From NCBI RefSeq assembly GCF_020885515.1, contig NZ_AP024987.1, positions 60,001 to 92,000 on the forward strand: 32,000 bases of DNA, given 5' to 3'. A program made the translations under genes and the position numbers. The first letter of the stretch is position 1, and every line of letters begins with the position of its first letter. Under the pieces are notes generated by a model that saw nothing but the letters and a program-made list of their open reading frames with translations, was not told where the DNA came from and made no database searches. Below, one piece after another: positions 10,201 to 17,212 of this stretch. This DNA comes from a cyanobacterium endosymbiont of Braarudosphaera bigelowii (GTDB lineage Bacteria > Cyanobacteriota > Cyanobacteriia > Cyanobacteriales > Microcystaceae).

Positions 10201-10985
10201 CTAAAAAGGAAAGACTATTTTGGCAAGAACAAGGTTTAACTGACCAACAAGCATATTTAAAATCTTGCCATAGGATATTTGGCTCAAAGCCTGGAGCATA
10301 TGGAGCTGGTTTACAGGGATTAATTGAAGCCCAAAATTGGGAAGATGATAAAGATTTGGCCAGAGCTTATATCAATTGGAGTTGTTATGCTTACGATAAA
10401 AATGGAAAAGCATACAAAGTTCCCGAAGTATTTGAACAAAGGCTAAAGCAGTTGCAAATTGTTTTACATAATCAAGATAATCGAGAACATGATTTATTAG
10501 ATTCTGACGATTATTATCAATTTCAAGGGGGATTAACTGTAGCTATTAGAAGTATAACTGGGAAGAATCCTCAAACTTATTTTGGAGACAATTCTATTGT
10601 TAATAATCCTAAAGTGAAATTATTAAAAGAAGAGATATCTAAAGTATATCGTTCTCGTGTTATTAATCCTAAATGGATCAAAGGTATTATGAGACATGGC
10701 TATAAAGGTGGATTTGAAATGGCTGCTACAGTTGATTATTTATTTGCTTATGATGCAACGGCTCACTGTGTAGAAGATTTTATGTATGAAGGAATAGCTC
10801 AAAAGTATATTTTTGATAAAAATGTAAAACAATTTATGGAGGAAAAAAATCCTTGGGCTTTGCGAGATATCGCGGAAAGGTTACTAGAAGCTAATCAAAG
10901 AGGCTTGTGGATAAATACTAACAAGGAAATTCTTGATAAACTAAGAGATGTTACCCATCAGGCAGAAAGAATAATAGAAGAATAA
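7236..10985 (+). CDS. cobN: Cobaltochelatase large subunit CobN
   Basis: 1249 aa, a CobN-sized member of the CobN/Mg-chelatase H family. Conserved blocks include 'FLTAADTD', 'GKHGNLEWLPGK', 'NDPGEGAQAKRR' and 'VLPTGRNFYS'. A GAGAG Shine-Dalgarno-like element precedes the ATG. Confidence 0.9.
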   Translation: MHRIASSSGNWNMQRDGVIFVEQSQAPIIFLTAADTDIQSLANSLKILPNNFQKVRALNILYLQQQLSIDNYSDKVLSKSKVIILRLLGGSSYWNYGLEVVKYIVELNNINLFVLPGDDVSDHILMSHSTVPLYQSNKLWKYISEGGQKNWSNALKYISNNYFQTKYDVEEPEIVPNFGIYQNNRINNTAEKNVVILFYRSHYLSGNLLPVDSLCESLLNRNLFPLPIFITSLRDINIQIELINYLDSVENNSCQLLLNTTSFSLAKIDDDYNFNSNLWQKLDCPVLQVIFSSSTLQQWHESFQGLSPRDVAMNIALPEIDGKIITRAVSFKSIKVWNKDLETNVIIYSPVKDRVDFVADLAKNYINLKNSSISERKIAIVLANYPNRNGRLANGVGLDTPASCIEILKALKREGYSVANIPESGDDLIKLLTKGVTNDPESKDLRIVYQSVSYVEYEQYFQSLPSKIKKEVDERWQHIFDDVNLAFPISGIQLDNVFIGIQPSRGYDLDPSLNYHAPDLEPTPHYLAYYYWIKNKFKASAIINVGKHGNLEWLPGKSLALSSTCYPEVALGSIPNFYPFIVNDPGEGAQAKRRSHATIIDHLTPPLTRAELYGDLEQLEILIDEYYEAQALDPKRLKIITNSIKELIIKTKINNDLGIAKIDFDSLSTFLKLADGYLCELKEAQIRDGLHILGQCPKNIQLRDLILAISRSPGSNRLGLTTALAKDLKLTFNPLTADFSDSFSDSIFLTFTPQNLLLQLQRSSSIGDVVEVLEKYSQTLIENLINKIETPEIIHFQNTCKEINWIQKFLIPKLYETDQEISNLLKGLDGRYVPSGASGTPTRGRVEVLPTGRNFYSVDIRAIPTQTAWAMGKKAAEVLVEKYTQDNGEYPKTLAISIWGTSTMRTGGDDIAQVLALLGVKPIWDRSRVIDYEIIPLSVLGRPRIDVTVRISGFFRDSFPNLLLLLSNVIEDLSKLEKEKDANPLATQAKKERLFWQEQGLTDQQAYLKSCHRIFGSKPGAYGAGLQGLIEAQNWEDDKDLARAYINWSCYAYDKNGKAYKVPEVFEQRLKQLQIVLHNQDNREHDLLDSDDYYQFQGGLTVAIRSITGKNPQTYFGDNSIVNNPKVKLLKEEISKVYRSRVINPKWIKGIMRHGYKGGFEMAATVDYLFAYDATAHCVEDFMYEGIAQKYIFDKNVKQFMEEKNPWALRDIAERLLEANQRGLWINTNKEILDKLRDVTHQAERIIEE

Positions 10986-11063
10986 TTTTACTTTAAAGAA
11001 GATTTTTAAAATTGCATCGAATTATGTGTTTTAATGATACCATTTAGAAGTCCATAACGAAGG

Positions 11064-11558
11064 GTGATTATGATTATGCGCCTGTTAAAAACAATAGCTA
11101 CCCAGGTTAAAAATTGGTTTCCTGCTCCTACCGTCCATGCTCATTGTGATGGGCCTTGTGGTGTTTATGATCCAGCCTCAGCTAGGATTGCAGCTGAAGC
11201 GGTAGTATCAATGACAAAAAAGATTTTAGATTTACAGCCTCCAACTTCAAACAATATTGAAGGAATAGCTGCTTATCAAAATACTCTATCTAGATATATT
11301 GCTATAAAAGAAGAACAGGCACAACTAGCAAAGAAAGAACTTTTAGTTCTTTGGACAGATTATTTTAAGCCTGTACATCTTGAACAATATCCTGATTTAC
11401 ATACTAAATTTTGGAATGCTGCGAAACTTTGTTCTGCTTGTAAGGTAGAAGTTAACTCAGATAACACAGAAAAATTAATGTCTGCGATAGAAGATATTCA
11501 ACGTATTTTCTGGCAAACTAAAGGAAGAACTGATGTTTCTTGGTATAGAGCTAACTAA
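11064..11558 (+). CDS. sodN: Nickel superoxide dismutase precursor
   Basis: Contains the Ni-hook motif 'HCDGPCGVYDP', preceded by a short propeptide ('...PTVHA|HCDG'). The listed start is GTG at 11064. In-frame ATGs at 11070 and 11076, just after a GAAGGG element, are equally plausible starts. Confidence 0.92.
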   Translation: MIMIMRLLKTIATQVKNWFPAPTVHAHCDGPCGVYDPASARIAAEAVVSMTKKILDLQPPTSNNIEGIAAYQNTLSRYIAIKEEQAQLAKKELLVLWTDYFKPVHLEQYPDLHTKFWNAAKLCSACKVEVNSDNTEKLMSAIEDIQRIFWQTKGRTDVSWYRAN

Positions 11559-11595
11559 ATTACCTGATTAATTTAGTTTTTAAACTTTATTATAT

Positions 11596-11946
11596 ATGTC
11601 TTGCATACGAAACAATAACATAATAGATCTTGCACTTTGGGCATTAGGACAACGACAACGCTTGAAAGTTGAGGGATGGTCAATGTCTCCTTGTCTAAAT
11701 CCAGGAGATGAATTACTAGTTTCTCGACAAACTAGTAATCATCCAACTCCTTTTATTTCAGATATTATCATTATGTCACATCCGTGTTGCCCAGATTTAC
11801 GGTTAATTAAAAGAGTAATTTCTGTGAATAAAGATGGATCTTGTTTTGTCAGAGGAGACAATGCTCTATGCAGTACGGATAGTCGTTCGTTTGGATGGAT
11901 AGAACCTAAGCTCATTTTTGGTCATGTTACTAGTCGATTTTTTTAA
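11596..11946 (+). CDS. sodX: Ni-SOD maturation protease (S26 signal-peptidase-like)
   Basis: 116 aa. It has the S26 Ser/Lys dyad context: 'GWSMSPCLNPGD' (Ser), 'LIKRVI' (Lys) and 'RGDN...STDSRSFG'. It lies immediately downstream of sodN on the same strand. Confidence 0.88.
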   Translation: MSCIRNNNIIDLALWALGQRQRLKVEGWSMSPCLNPGDELLVSRQTSNHPTPFISDIIIMSHPCCPDLRLIKRVISVNKDGSCFVRGDNALCSTDSRSFGWIEPKLIFGHVTSRFF

Positions 11947-12024
11947 TTCTAAAATAGAAACATCTTAAAAATTGACATTCAATTTTTATAAATAATTTTC
12001 TAACTTTAAAATTTATAATATTAT

Positions 12025-12060
12025 GGGCAGGTAATTAATTACTAGCCCTATTTTTATTTA
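12025..12060 (+). terminator. Rho-independent terminator of the sodN-sodX unit
   Basis: GGGCAGGTAATT/AATTACTAGCCC forms a hairpin (GC-clamped, one A/A mismatch and one G-T pair). It is followed by 'TATTTTTATTTA' and lies about 80 nt after the sodX stop. Confidence 0.6.
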
Positions 12061-12148
12061 TAAATAACAGAAATAAATTTTGGTACAGTCTATCAAATGT
12101 ACAAACTGTAAATAATTAAATAATATATATTTTAAAAAATTTATAACT

Positions 12149-13012
12149 ATGAAACTAAAAGAAATTGAAACTATTACTCGCTCCATAGCCTGGGGTGCAG
12201 CCAAGATTCTACATTCCTATTATTGTGGAAAAAATAAGTTTAAAATTACCGAGTCATCACAAGATGGCCCAACAACTACTGCTGATATCAAATCTAATAA
12301 TTATATTTTAAAAAACCTGCAAATATTTTTTCCCAAAGATATTTTTGGTTATCTTAGTGAAGAAAACTACAAATATGATAGCCATCATAGCCGCATTCAA
12401 AAAGATTGGGTATGGATTATTGATCCTTTAGATGGTACTAAGGAATTTATTAATAAGACAGGAGAATATGCTTTACATATCGCTTTGGCATATCAAGGAC
12501 GTCCTGTCGTCGCTGTAGTAGCTATTCCTGAAACTCAAACAATTTATTTCGCCACCAAGGGATATGGAACATTTGTTGAAGACCTTAATCATAAAATAAC
12601 CCAAATTAAAGTATCAAATAGAAATACAATTGAAAATTTATCCTTAGTAGTTAGCAAGTCTCATAGAAATACACGTTTTCAGTCACTTATCGATGCTTTC
12701 TCTACAAAAGATATAGTATATATGGGTAGTTTGGGAAAAAAAATAACGACTATTCTTGAACAAAAAGCAAATGTTTATATCTCTATATCTGGTAAGTCTG
12801 CGCCTAAGGACTGGGATTTTGCAGCTCCAGACTTAATTCTCACTGAAGCAGGAGGAAAATTTACTTATTTTAATGGTGATATTCCATTTTACAACCGTGG
12901 AGATGTATCTCAATGGGGTAACTTTATAGCTAGCAATGGATATTTTCATGAAGCTCTATGTGAAAAGTCCATAAATAGTTTAAATGAAATTGATAAAAGA
13001 GTTATTGTATAA
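12149..13012 (+). CDS. cysQ: Inositol monophosphatase-fold 3'(2'),5'-bisphosphate nucleotidase (CysQ-like)
   Basis: 287 aa. It carries the metal-binding motif 'WIIDPLDGTKEFI' (the CysQ-type 'DPLDGTKEF'), upstream 'LSEE', and C-terminal 'WDFAAPDLILTEAGG'. Confidence 0.75.
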   Translation: MKLKEIETITRSIAWGAAKILHSYYCGKNKFKITESSQDGPTTTADIKSNNYILKNLQIFFPKDIFGYLSEENYKYDSHHSRIQKDWVWIIDPLDGTKEFINKTGEYALHIALAYQGRPVVAVVAIPETQTIYFATKGYGTFVEDLNHKITQIKVSNRNTIENLSLVVSKSHRNTRFQSLIDAFSTKDIVYMGSLGKKITTILEQKANVYISISGKSAPKDWDFAAPDLILTEAGGKFTYFNGDIPFYNRGDVSQWGNFIASNGYFHEALCEKSINSLNEIDKRVIV

Positions 13013-13172
13013 GTTAATTATTAAATATTTCTTAGATAAATTCTTAATGTAATTTATACAGTAATTATTTTTAATATTAGTTTAACGAGTGTCAAACTCC
13101 TAAAATATATGAAAAAGTAGAATATATATTAAACTAGTTAATGTTTTCATTTCATATATAAATGAAATATAA

Positions 13173-14150
13173 TTATCTAGTATTTTTTATATAAATCAAA
13201 ATTATTCCTAATCCTAGCCAAAGCAAGCTACATACGCGTGTTAACACTAAAGCTTTTTCTATTGTAGTAAATGTAATGGATTTAATTGGTTCTCCAAGTA
13301 AGGGTTTTTTTTTAATCGTACCATCATAAATATTTTTTCCTCCTAATTGCACCCCTAATATAGCAGCATAAATGCTTTCACTCCATCCTGAATTTGGACT
13401 TAGATCTTTATCTCCATCACGATTACAAATTGAAAGAACATAATAAGGTCTTCCCGATAATATTGCTAAAGTTAAGACTCCTAGGCGGCAAGGAATCCAA
13501 GTTAAAATATCTTCTAAATTTGCACTAAACCAGCCAATATCAGTAAAAGGTTCTTTCTTGTAACCAATAGTAGAATCAAGAGTGCTGGAAGCTTTATAGG
13601 CTAAGGCAAGAGTTAGACTACTAGTATAAGGAAGTAGTGCACCAATTATTGCATAAAATAAAGGAGCTATTACTCCATCTATGGAATTTTCTGAAATAGT
13701 CTCTAGTATAGTACGCCAAATATCTTTTTTGGAAAGATTTCTAGTATCCCTACCTACATATTGACTAAGTTTTATTCTAGCAAGGTCAATTTTATTTGTA
13801 TTTAAGGGAATAAGAACGTCAATAGCTGCTAATCTTAAACTTCTTCCAGCAAAACAACTGGCTAATAAAATACTCTCTATAGTAATCCCGATTAAAGGAA
13901 AGAAATGATACTTAATTAAACTAACTGTCCAGCCAAAAAAGCCACTAGCAAGAACTAATAATAGACATAATATACTTCCCGCACAACGACAAACAAATTT
14001 TCCATTACAAAATTTAAAAATAAGATTAGAGGCTTTAAAGATTAACCATCCCATAACTTGTACAGGATGTAAATATTTAGATGGATCACTGATCAGATAG
14101 TCAATTATAGTAGCAATGATTAGAATAATTATAGAAAAATCGGTATCCAA
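13173..14150 (-). CDS. cbiB: Adenosylcobinamide-phosphate synthase CbiB/CobD
   Basis: 325-aa polytopic membrane protein. It has the family blocks 'SPNSGWSESIYAAILGVQLGG' and 'LSQYVGRDT', plus a CobD-like N-terminus. Confidence 0.88.
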   Translation of the reverse strand: MDTDFSIIILIIATIIDYLISDPSKYLHPVQVMGWLIFKASNLIFKFCNGKFVCRCAGSILCLLLVLASGFFGWTVSLIKYHFFPLIGITIESILLASCFAGRSLRLAAIDVLIPLNTNKIDLARIKLSQYVGRDTRNLSKKDIWRTILETISENSIDGVIAPLFYAIIGALLPYTSSLTLALAYKASSTLDSTIGYKKEPFTDIGWFSANLEDILTWIPCRLGVLTLAILSGRPYYVLSICNRDGDKDLSPNSGWSESIYAAILGVQLGGKNIYDGTIKKKPLLGEPIKSITFTTIEKALVLTRVCSLLWLGLGIILIYIKNTR

Positions 14151-14381
14151 GATTATATTTGATCCTTTAGCTAGTTACTCTTAATTATATCGAATTCTTT
14201 TTATATCTTTGATAACATGTTAAATAGTTAGATAGCTATGATTAGTATTATTTACTATTTTAAAATAAAAAATAATACATAGTATCGTGTAAAAAAAATT
14301 ATAGATAGAACTCTTAGAATTAAAAGCTACTAGAATAATTCAAAAAAGTTTTTATTACTTATTTTCAATAAATTTTTTTAC

Positions 14382-14412
14382 AAGATAAGCATTATTTAAT
14401 AATGCTTATCTT
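14382..14412. repeat. Perfect 31-bp palindrome (15-bp arms, 1-nt centre)
   Basis: AAGATAAGCATTATT-T-AATAATGCTTATCTT, checked base by base. It lies in the 757-bp divergent spacer between cbiB and the AbrB gene. Confidence 0.9.
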
Positions 14413-14710
14413 ATAGAAAATTCGTTATAGTTATATATCTAATCAATTTTAAAACTTTTTCGAGATAATTTGATTGATATTATAAAAAATCGATAATTTT
14501 TACAATATCTTCAAAATAAAATATTCCGATCAGTAATGCTTTTAAGATTAAAAATAATAAGTTTTATATCTAAGATATTGTTTTCAATAGATTACTTTCT
14601 TATTAGATTTTAATTATTTTTTTGTTTTTTTAAGAATAGAATTAATTATTTTTATTCACTTAATAATACTATTATTTAGAGCAAAACGAATAAAATTAAA
14701 CATATAAAAA

Positions 14711-14731
14711 TTTGTTGTTATTAACAACAAA
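14711..14731. repeat. Perfect 21-bp palindrome (10-bp arms), candidate operator upstream of the AbrB gene
   Basis: TTTGTTGTTA-T-TAACAACAAA, about 180 bp upstream of the ATG at 14908. Confidence 0.85.
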
Positions 14732-14907
14732 ACATTAAGGGTAATGAATTATTATTAATCTTATGAAACATGTGGATAAAATTTGCAAATTATGTGTAAG
14801 ATAATTGTATAGATAGTTAGTAGTTTTAAGTTTTTTGGTTACCATTACTAACTTAGTCAACTATTGTTCCGTAAACCTAATTAATTAAATAATTATTTTT
14901 CAAATTA

Positions 14908-15297
14908 ATGAAACAAGATAAACCCTTAACCGGCATAGATCTACTCCAAAAAGTTGAAGAATTAAGCAAAGAAGCTAAATTTAGTAAAGAAGAAAAAGCA
15001 AAAGCTTGTGGTTACTATACTAAAACAAAAAATGGAGTGGAACGTGTCAATATGATGAAGTTTCTTAATGCCTTAATTGATGCTGAAGGTATTGAACTCG
15101 ATAGCAGCTCTGAGGGTCAAGGAAGAGGTGGACGTTCAGCTAGCTATAAAATTAGTGTTCAATCTAATGGTAATCTTCTAATCGGTTCAGCTTATACAAA
15201 AAAAATGGGATTAGAGTCTGGAGACGAGTTTGAAATTACTTTGGGGCGTAAACATATACATCTAAAACAAGTCGGAATACTTAATGAAGATGGATAA
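14908..15297 (+). CDS. AbrB-family transcriptional regulator, cyanobacterial type (C-terminal SpoVT/AbrB domain)
   Basis: 129 aa. The N-terminal domain 'LTGIDLLQKVEEL...ACGYYTKTKNG..RVNMMKFLNALIDA' and C-terminal AbrB-type swapped-hairpin block 'GDEFEITLGRKHIHLKQV' match the cyAbrB (CalA/CalB, Sll0359/Sll0822-like) layout. Confidence 0.85.
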   Translation: MKQDKPLTGIDLLQKVEELSKEAKFSKEEKAKACGYYTKTKNGVERVNMMKFLNALIDAEGIELDSSSEGQGRGGRSASYKISVQSNGNLLIGSAYTKKMGLESGDEFEITLGRKHIHLKQVGILNEDG

Positions 15298-15336
15298 TAT
15301 TTATAACTTTTTGGTTATCAGATAATTTTATTTAAT

Positions 15337-15367
15337 AGCGTTACTCAGATAGAAACTGAGCAACGCT
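15337..15367 (+). terminator. Terminator hairpin downstream of the AbrB gene
   Basis: AGCGTT-A-CTCAG / CTGAG-C-AACGCT forms an 11-bp stem with one A/C mismatch and a 7-nt loop, 40 nt after the stop. It is unusually GC-rich for this spacer, but no clear U-tract follows. Confidence 0.5.
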
Positions 15368-15460
15368 AACAGAAAAATTACTAATAAAAAGTAAGTATTC
15401 TTCTTAGGGGAACAATGGACTACATCTATAGATATTTCTTTAGTTAGTCAGTTAATGCAC

Positions 15461-15486
15461 TTCAAATTTAATAAATTAAATTTGAA
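15461..15486. repeat. Perfect 26-bp palindrome (12-bp arms, 2-nt spacer)
   Basis: TTCAAATTTAAT-AA-ATTAAATTTGAA, in the 578-bp spacer between the AbrB gene and the J-domain gene. Confidence 0.85.
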
Positions 15487-15875
15487 AGTAAATAGTAATT
15501 TTAACTATTGATGAAGAAAATACATCATTTTTATTTAACAATATTTAATTGTTAAAACACTTTAAAGTTTATTAAAGAATAACTATTGAACAACTCAATA
15601 AAATTATAAATATCTAATATAATCTATGATTCTTCAACTAATTATTCATCTATAGTAATATACAATCGTTAGCTTATTTTCAATTGAGTTTGATATGTTT
15701 ACATTAAGACAATTAATATTCGCTCAGCATTTAAGCAACTTCTAGTACTAATTTTATCTATAAAAATTATTATGTTTTTATAAAGAGATATAAAATGTGG
15801 GAGGGTTAAGGGCGAATATTTTATTGAAACCTTTATTTCATGCTAAAACAAATTTTACTCAATCACAACTGTAAG

Positions 15876-16400
15876 CTATATCATATGTAAAGTTAGCCCA
15901 TTCTTTCTCAAAATAGTGATGATAATAGACAAGATTAAACATCCTAAAATAGTTAATCCTAAAGTCAAAACAGCAAAAATTTCTCCTCCAGATAAAGAAC
16001 GATCATAAGGATCTAAGTATGCTGAAGAAGAGTATTGATGTTCATTAATATTTAATGAATTTTTAATTGAGTTTTGTGAAGTATTTAAGGAAATATAACC
16101 AATTTTTATATCATGAAATAGTCTTTTTTGAGGATTGCTAAGTATTTGATACGATTCATTAAGGCGTTGAAATTCTAGTTTTGCTAAAGAAGGAGATAAA
16201 ACTGTCGTATCAGGATGATAGAGTTTGCTTAACTCTCTATATATTTTACGTATCTCTAGTATTGAAGTAGATGGATGAATTCCTAGAACAGCATAATAAC
16301 TATTAGGGAAAAGGTTCTGAAGAATATTATTTCCAAGCACGGAATACTTTATTTCTTGTTGACTAATATTGAGCTTGTTGCGATTATTCTTTGTATACAT
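15876..16400 (-). CDS. J-domain (DnaJ-like) protein with C-terminal membrane anchor
   Basis: 174 aa. The J-domain is 'YYAVLGIHPSTSILEIRKIYRELSKLYHPDT' with an intact HPD tripeptide. The C-terminal hydrophobic helix is 'IFAVLTLGLTILGCLILSIIITIL'. It has no Zn-finger or G/F region, so it is not DnaJ proper. Confidence 0.8.
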   Translation of the reverse strand: MYTKNNRNKLNISQQEIKYSVLGNNILQNLFPNSYYAVLGIHPSTSILEIRKIYRELSKLYHPDTTVLSPSLAKLEFQRLNESYQILSNPQKRLFHDIKIGYISLNTSQNSIKNSLNINEHQYSSSAYLDPYDRSLSGGEIFAVLTLGLTILGCLILSIIITILRKNGLTLHMI

Positions 16401-16437
16401 ATCATACTTAACTTACTAAAGGGATTTTTAAATTATT

Positions 16438-16980
16438 ATGACGATAATTAAATTTAATCATAAATTTATTTCAACAATATTGATAGAAATTTGTCTCGTT
16501 TTCTTACTCTTTTTAGGAATAAGCTGTAATCAAGCATTAGCTAGTATGTATGATGATAATCTTGATGGTAATATTTTTGTAGTTTATGCCGGTAATGGTT
16601 CCCTAGTCCCAGCAAAAATGGCTTTAAGTGACTCTCTTCAACGCCAAATTCCGACAATTATTGTTTATTATGTAGACGATAGTCCTAGTTCTAAACAATT
16701 TGCTATGACTGTTTCGAAAATACAAGAGTTTTATGGCCGAGCAGCTAATATTATTCCTACTATGGTCGATAGTATTCCTGTAAAAGATAAGTATATTAAG
16801 CAAGAGCTAGGATATTATTACAAAAATACTGTTCCTCAAATAGTTATTCTGGATCATAACGGACAAAAGGTTCTTGATATCCAAGGACAAGTAGAATATG
16901 AAGTAATAGATGACGCTTTACGAAAAGTATTTGGTTTATTACCACGTTCTGAATCTATAGAATTAAAACATCATTCTTAG
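16438..16980 (+). CDS. Secreted/lumenal thioredoxin-fold protein without a CxxC motif
   Basis: 180 aa. The N-terminal signal-like hydrophobic segment ends in 'ALA|S'. The body resembles a thioredoxin-like fold ('IVYYVDDS...VPQIVILDHNGQKV') but has no redox cysteine pair. It may belong to the cyanobacterial family named 'thylakoid membrane photosystem I accumulation factor'; that assignment is uncertain. Confidence 0.6.
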   Translation: MTIIKFNHKFISTILIEICLVFLLFLGISCNQALASMYDDNLDGNIFVVYAGNGSLVPAKMALSDSLQRQIPTIIVYYVDDSPSSKQFAMTVSKIQEFYGRAANIIPTMVDSIPVKDKYIKQELGYYYKNTVPQIVILDHNGQKVLDIQGQVEYEVIDDALRKVFGLLPRSESIELKHHS

Positions 16981-17212
16981 TATGATTATTCTAATTAAAA
17001 AGATTTTGTCACTCTAGTTAAGTTTATAACTTATAAATAGGGGCTTTGTTTTTAATAACAATATATAAAAAAGTACTAAATTAGGAACTTTAATTTATAT
17101 TTTAACGTTATGGAATTTATAGGTAATATTGCCAAAATTTCTCATTTACACCTTACTTAAATATTTGACATAAGAATAAGTAGACTTTGAGAAATGAGCT
17201 GTATTTATTTTC

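Noticed and set aside
11972-11977. Consensus TTGACA downstream of sodX, and another at 17165-17170 upstream of glmM, as promoters
   Set aside because: Neither has an acceptable -10 hexamer at 16-18 nt spacing. The first also lies upstream of the sodX terminator hairpin. Isolated TTGACA hexamers are not sufficient evidence.
998-14150. Apparent 'metal theme' (Cu-ATPase, CobN, Ni-SOD/SodX, CbiB) as a possible metal-homeostasis island
   Set aside because: The genes are on different strands and interleaved with unrelated housekeeping genes (holB, kinase, cysQ-like). They belong to well-separated pathways. There are no shared regulators, repeats or mobility genes. Most likely coincidence.
14763-14804. 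13-codon ORF MKHVDKICKLCVR (CxxC) ~100 bp upstream of the AbrB gene, and other tiny ORFs (25 codons or fewer) in the long spacers
   Set aside because: They have no Shine-Dalgarno element and no resemblance to known small photosynthetic or ribosomal peptides. Such ORFs are expected by chance. They cannot be supported from sequence alone.
14151-14907. Cobalamin riboswitch upstream of cbiB (and in the 55-bp gap upstream of cobN)
   Set aside because: The region is almost pure A/T with no B12-box-like GC-rich core, and the cobN gap is too short to hold an aptamer.
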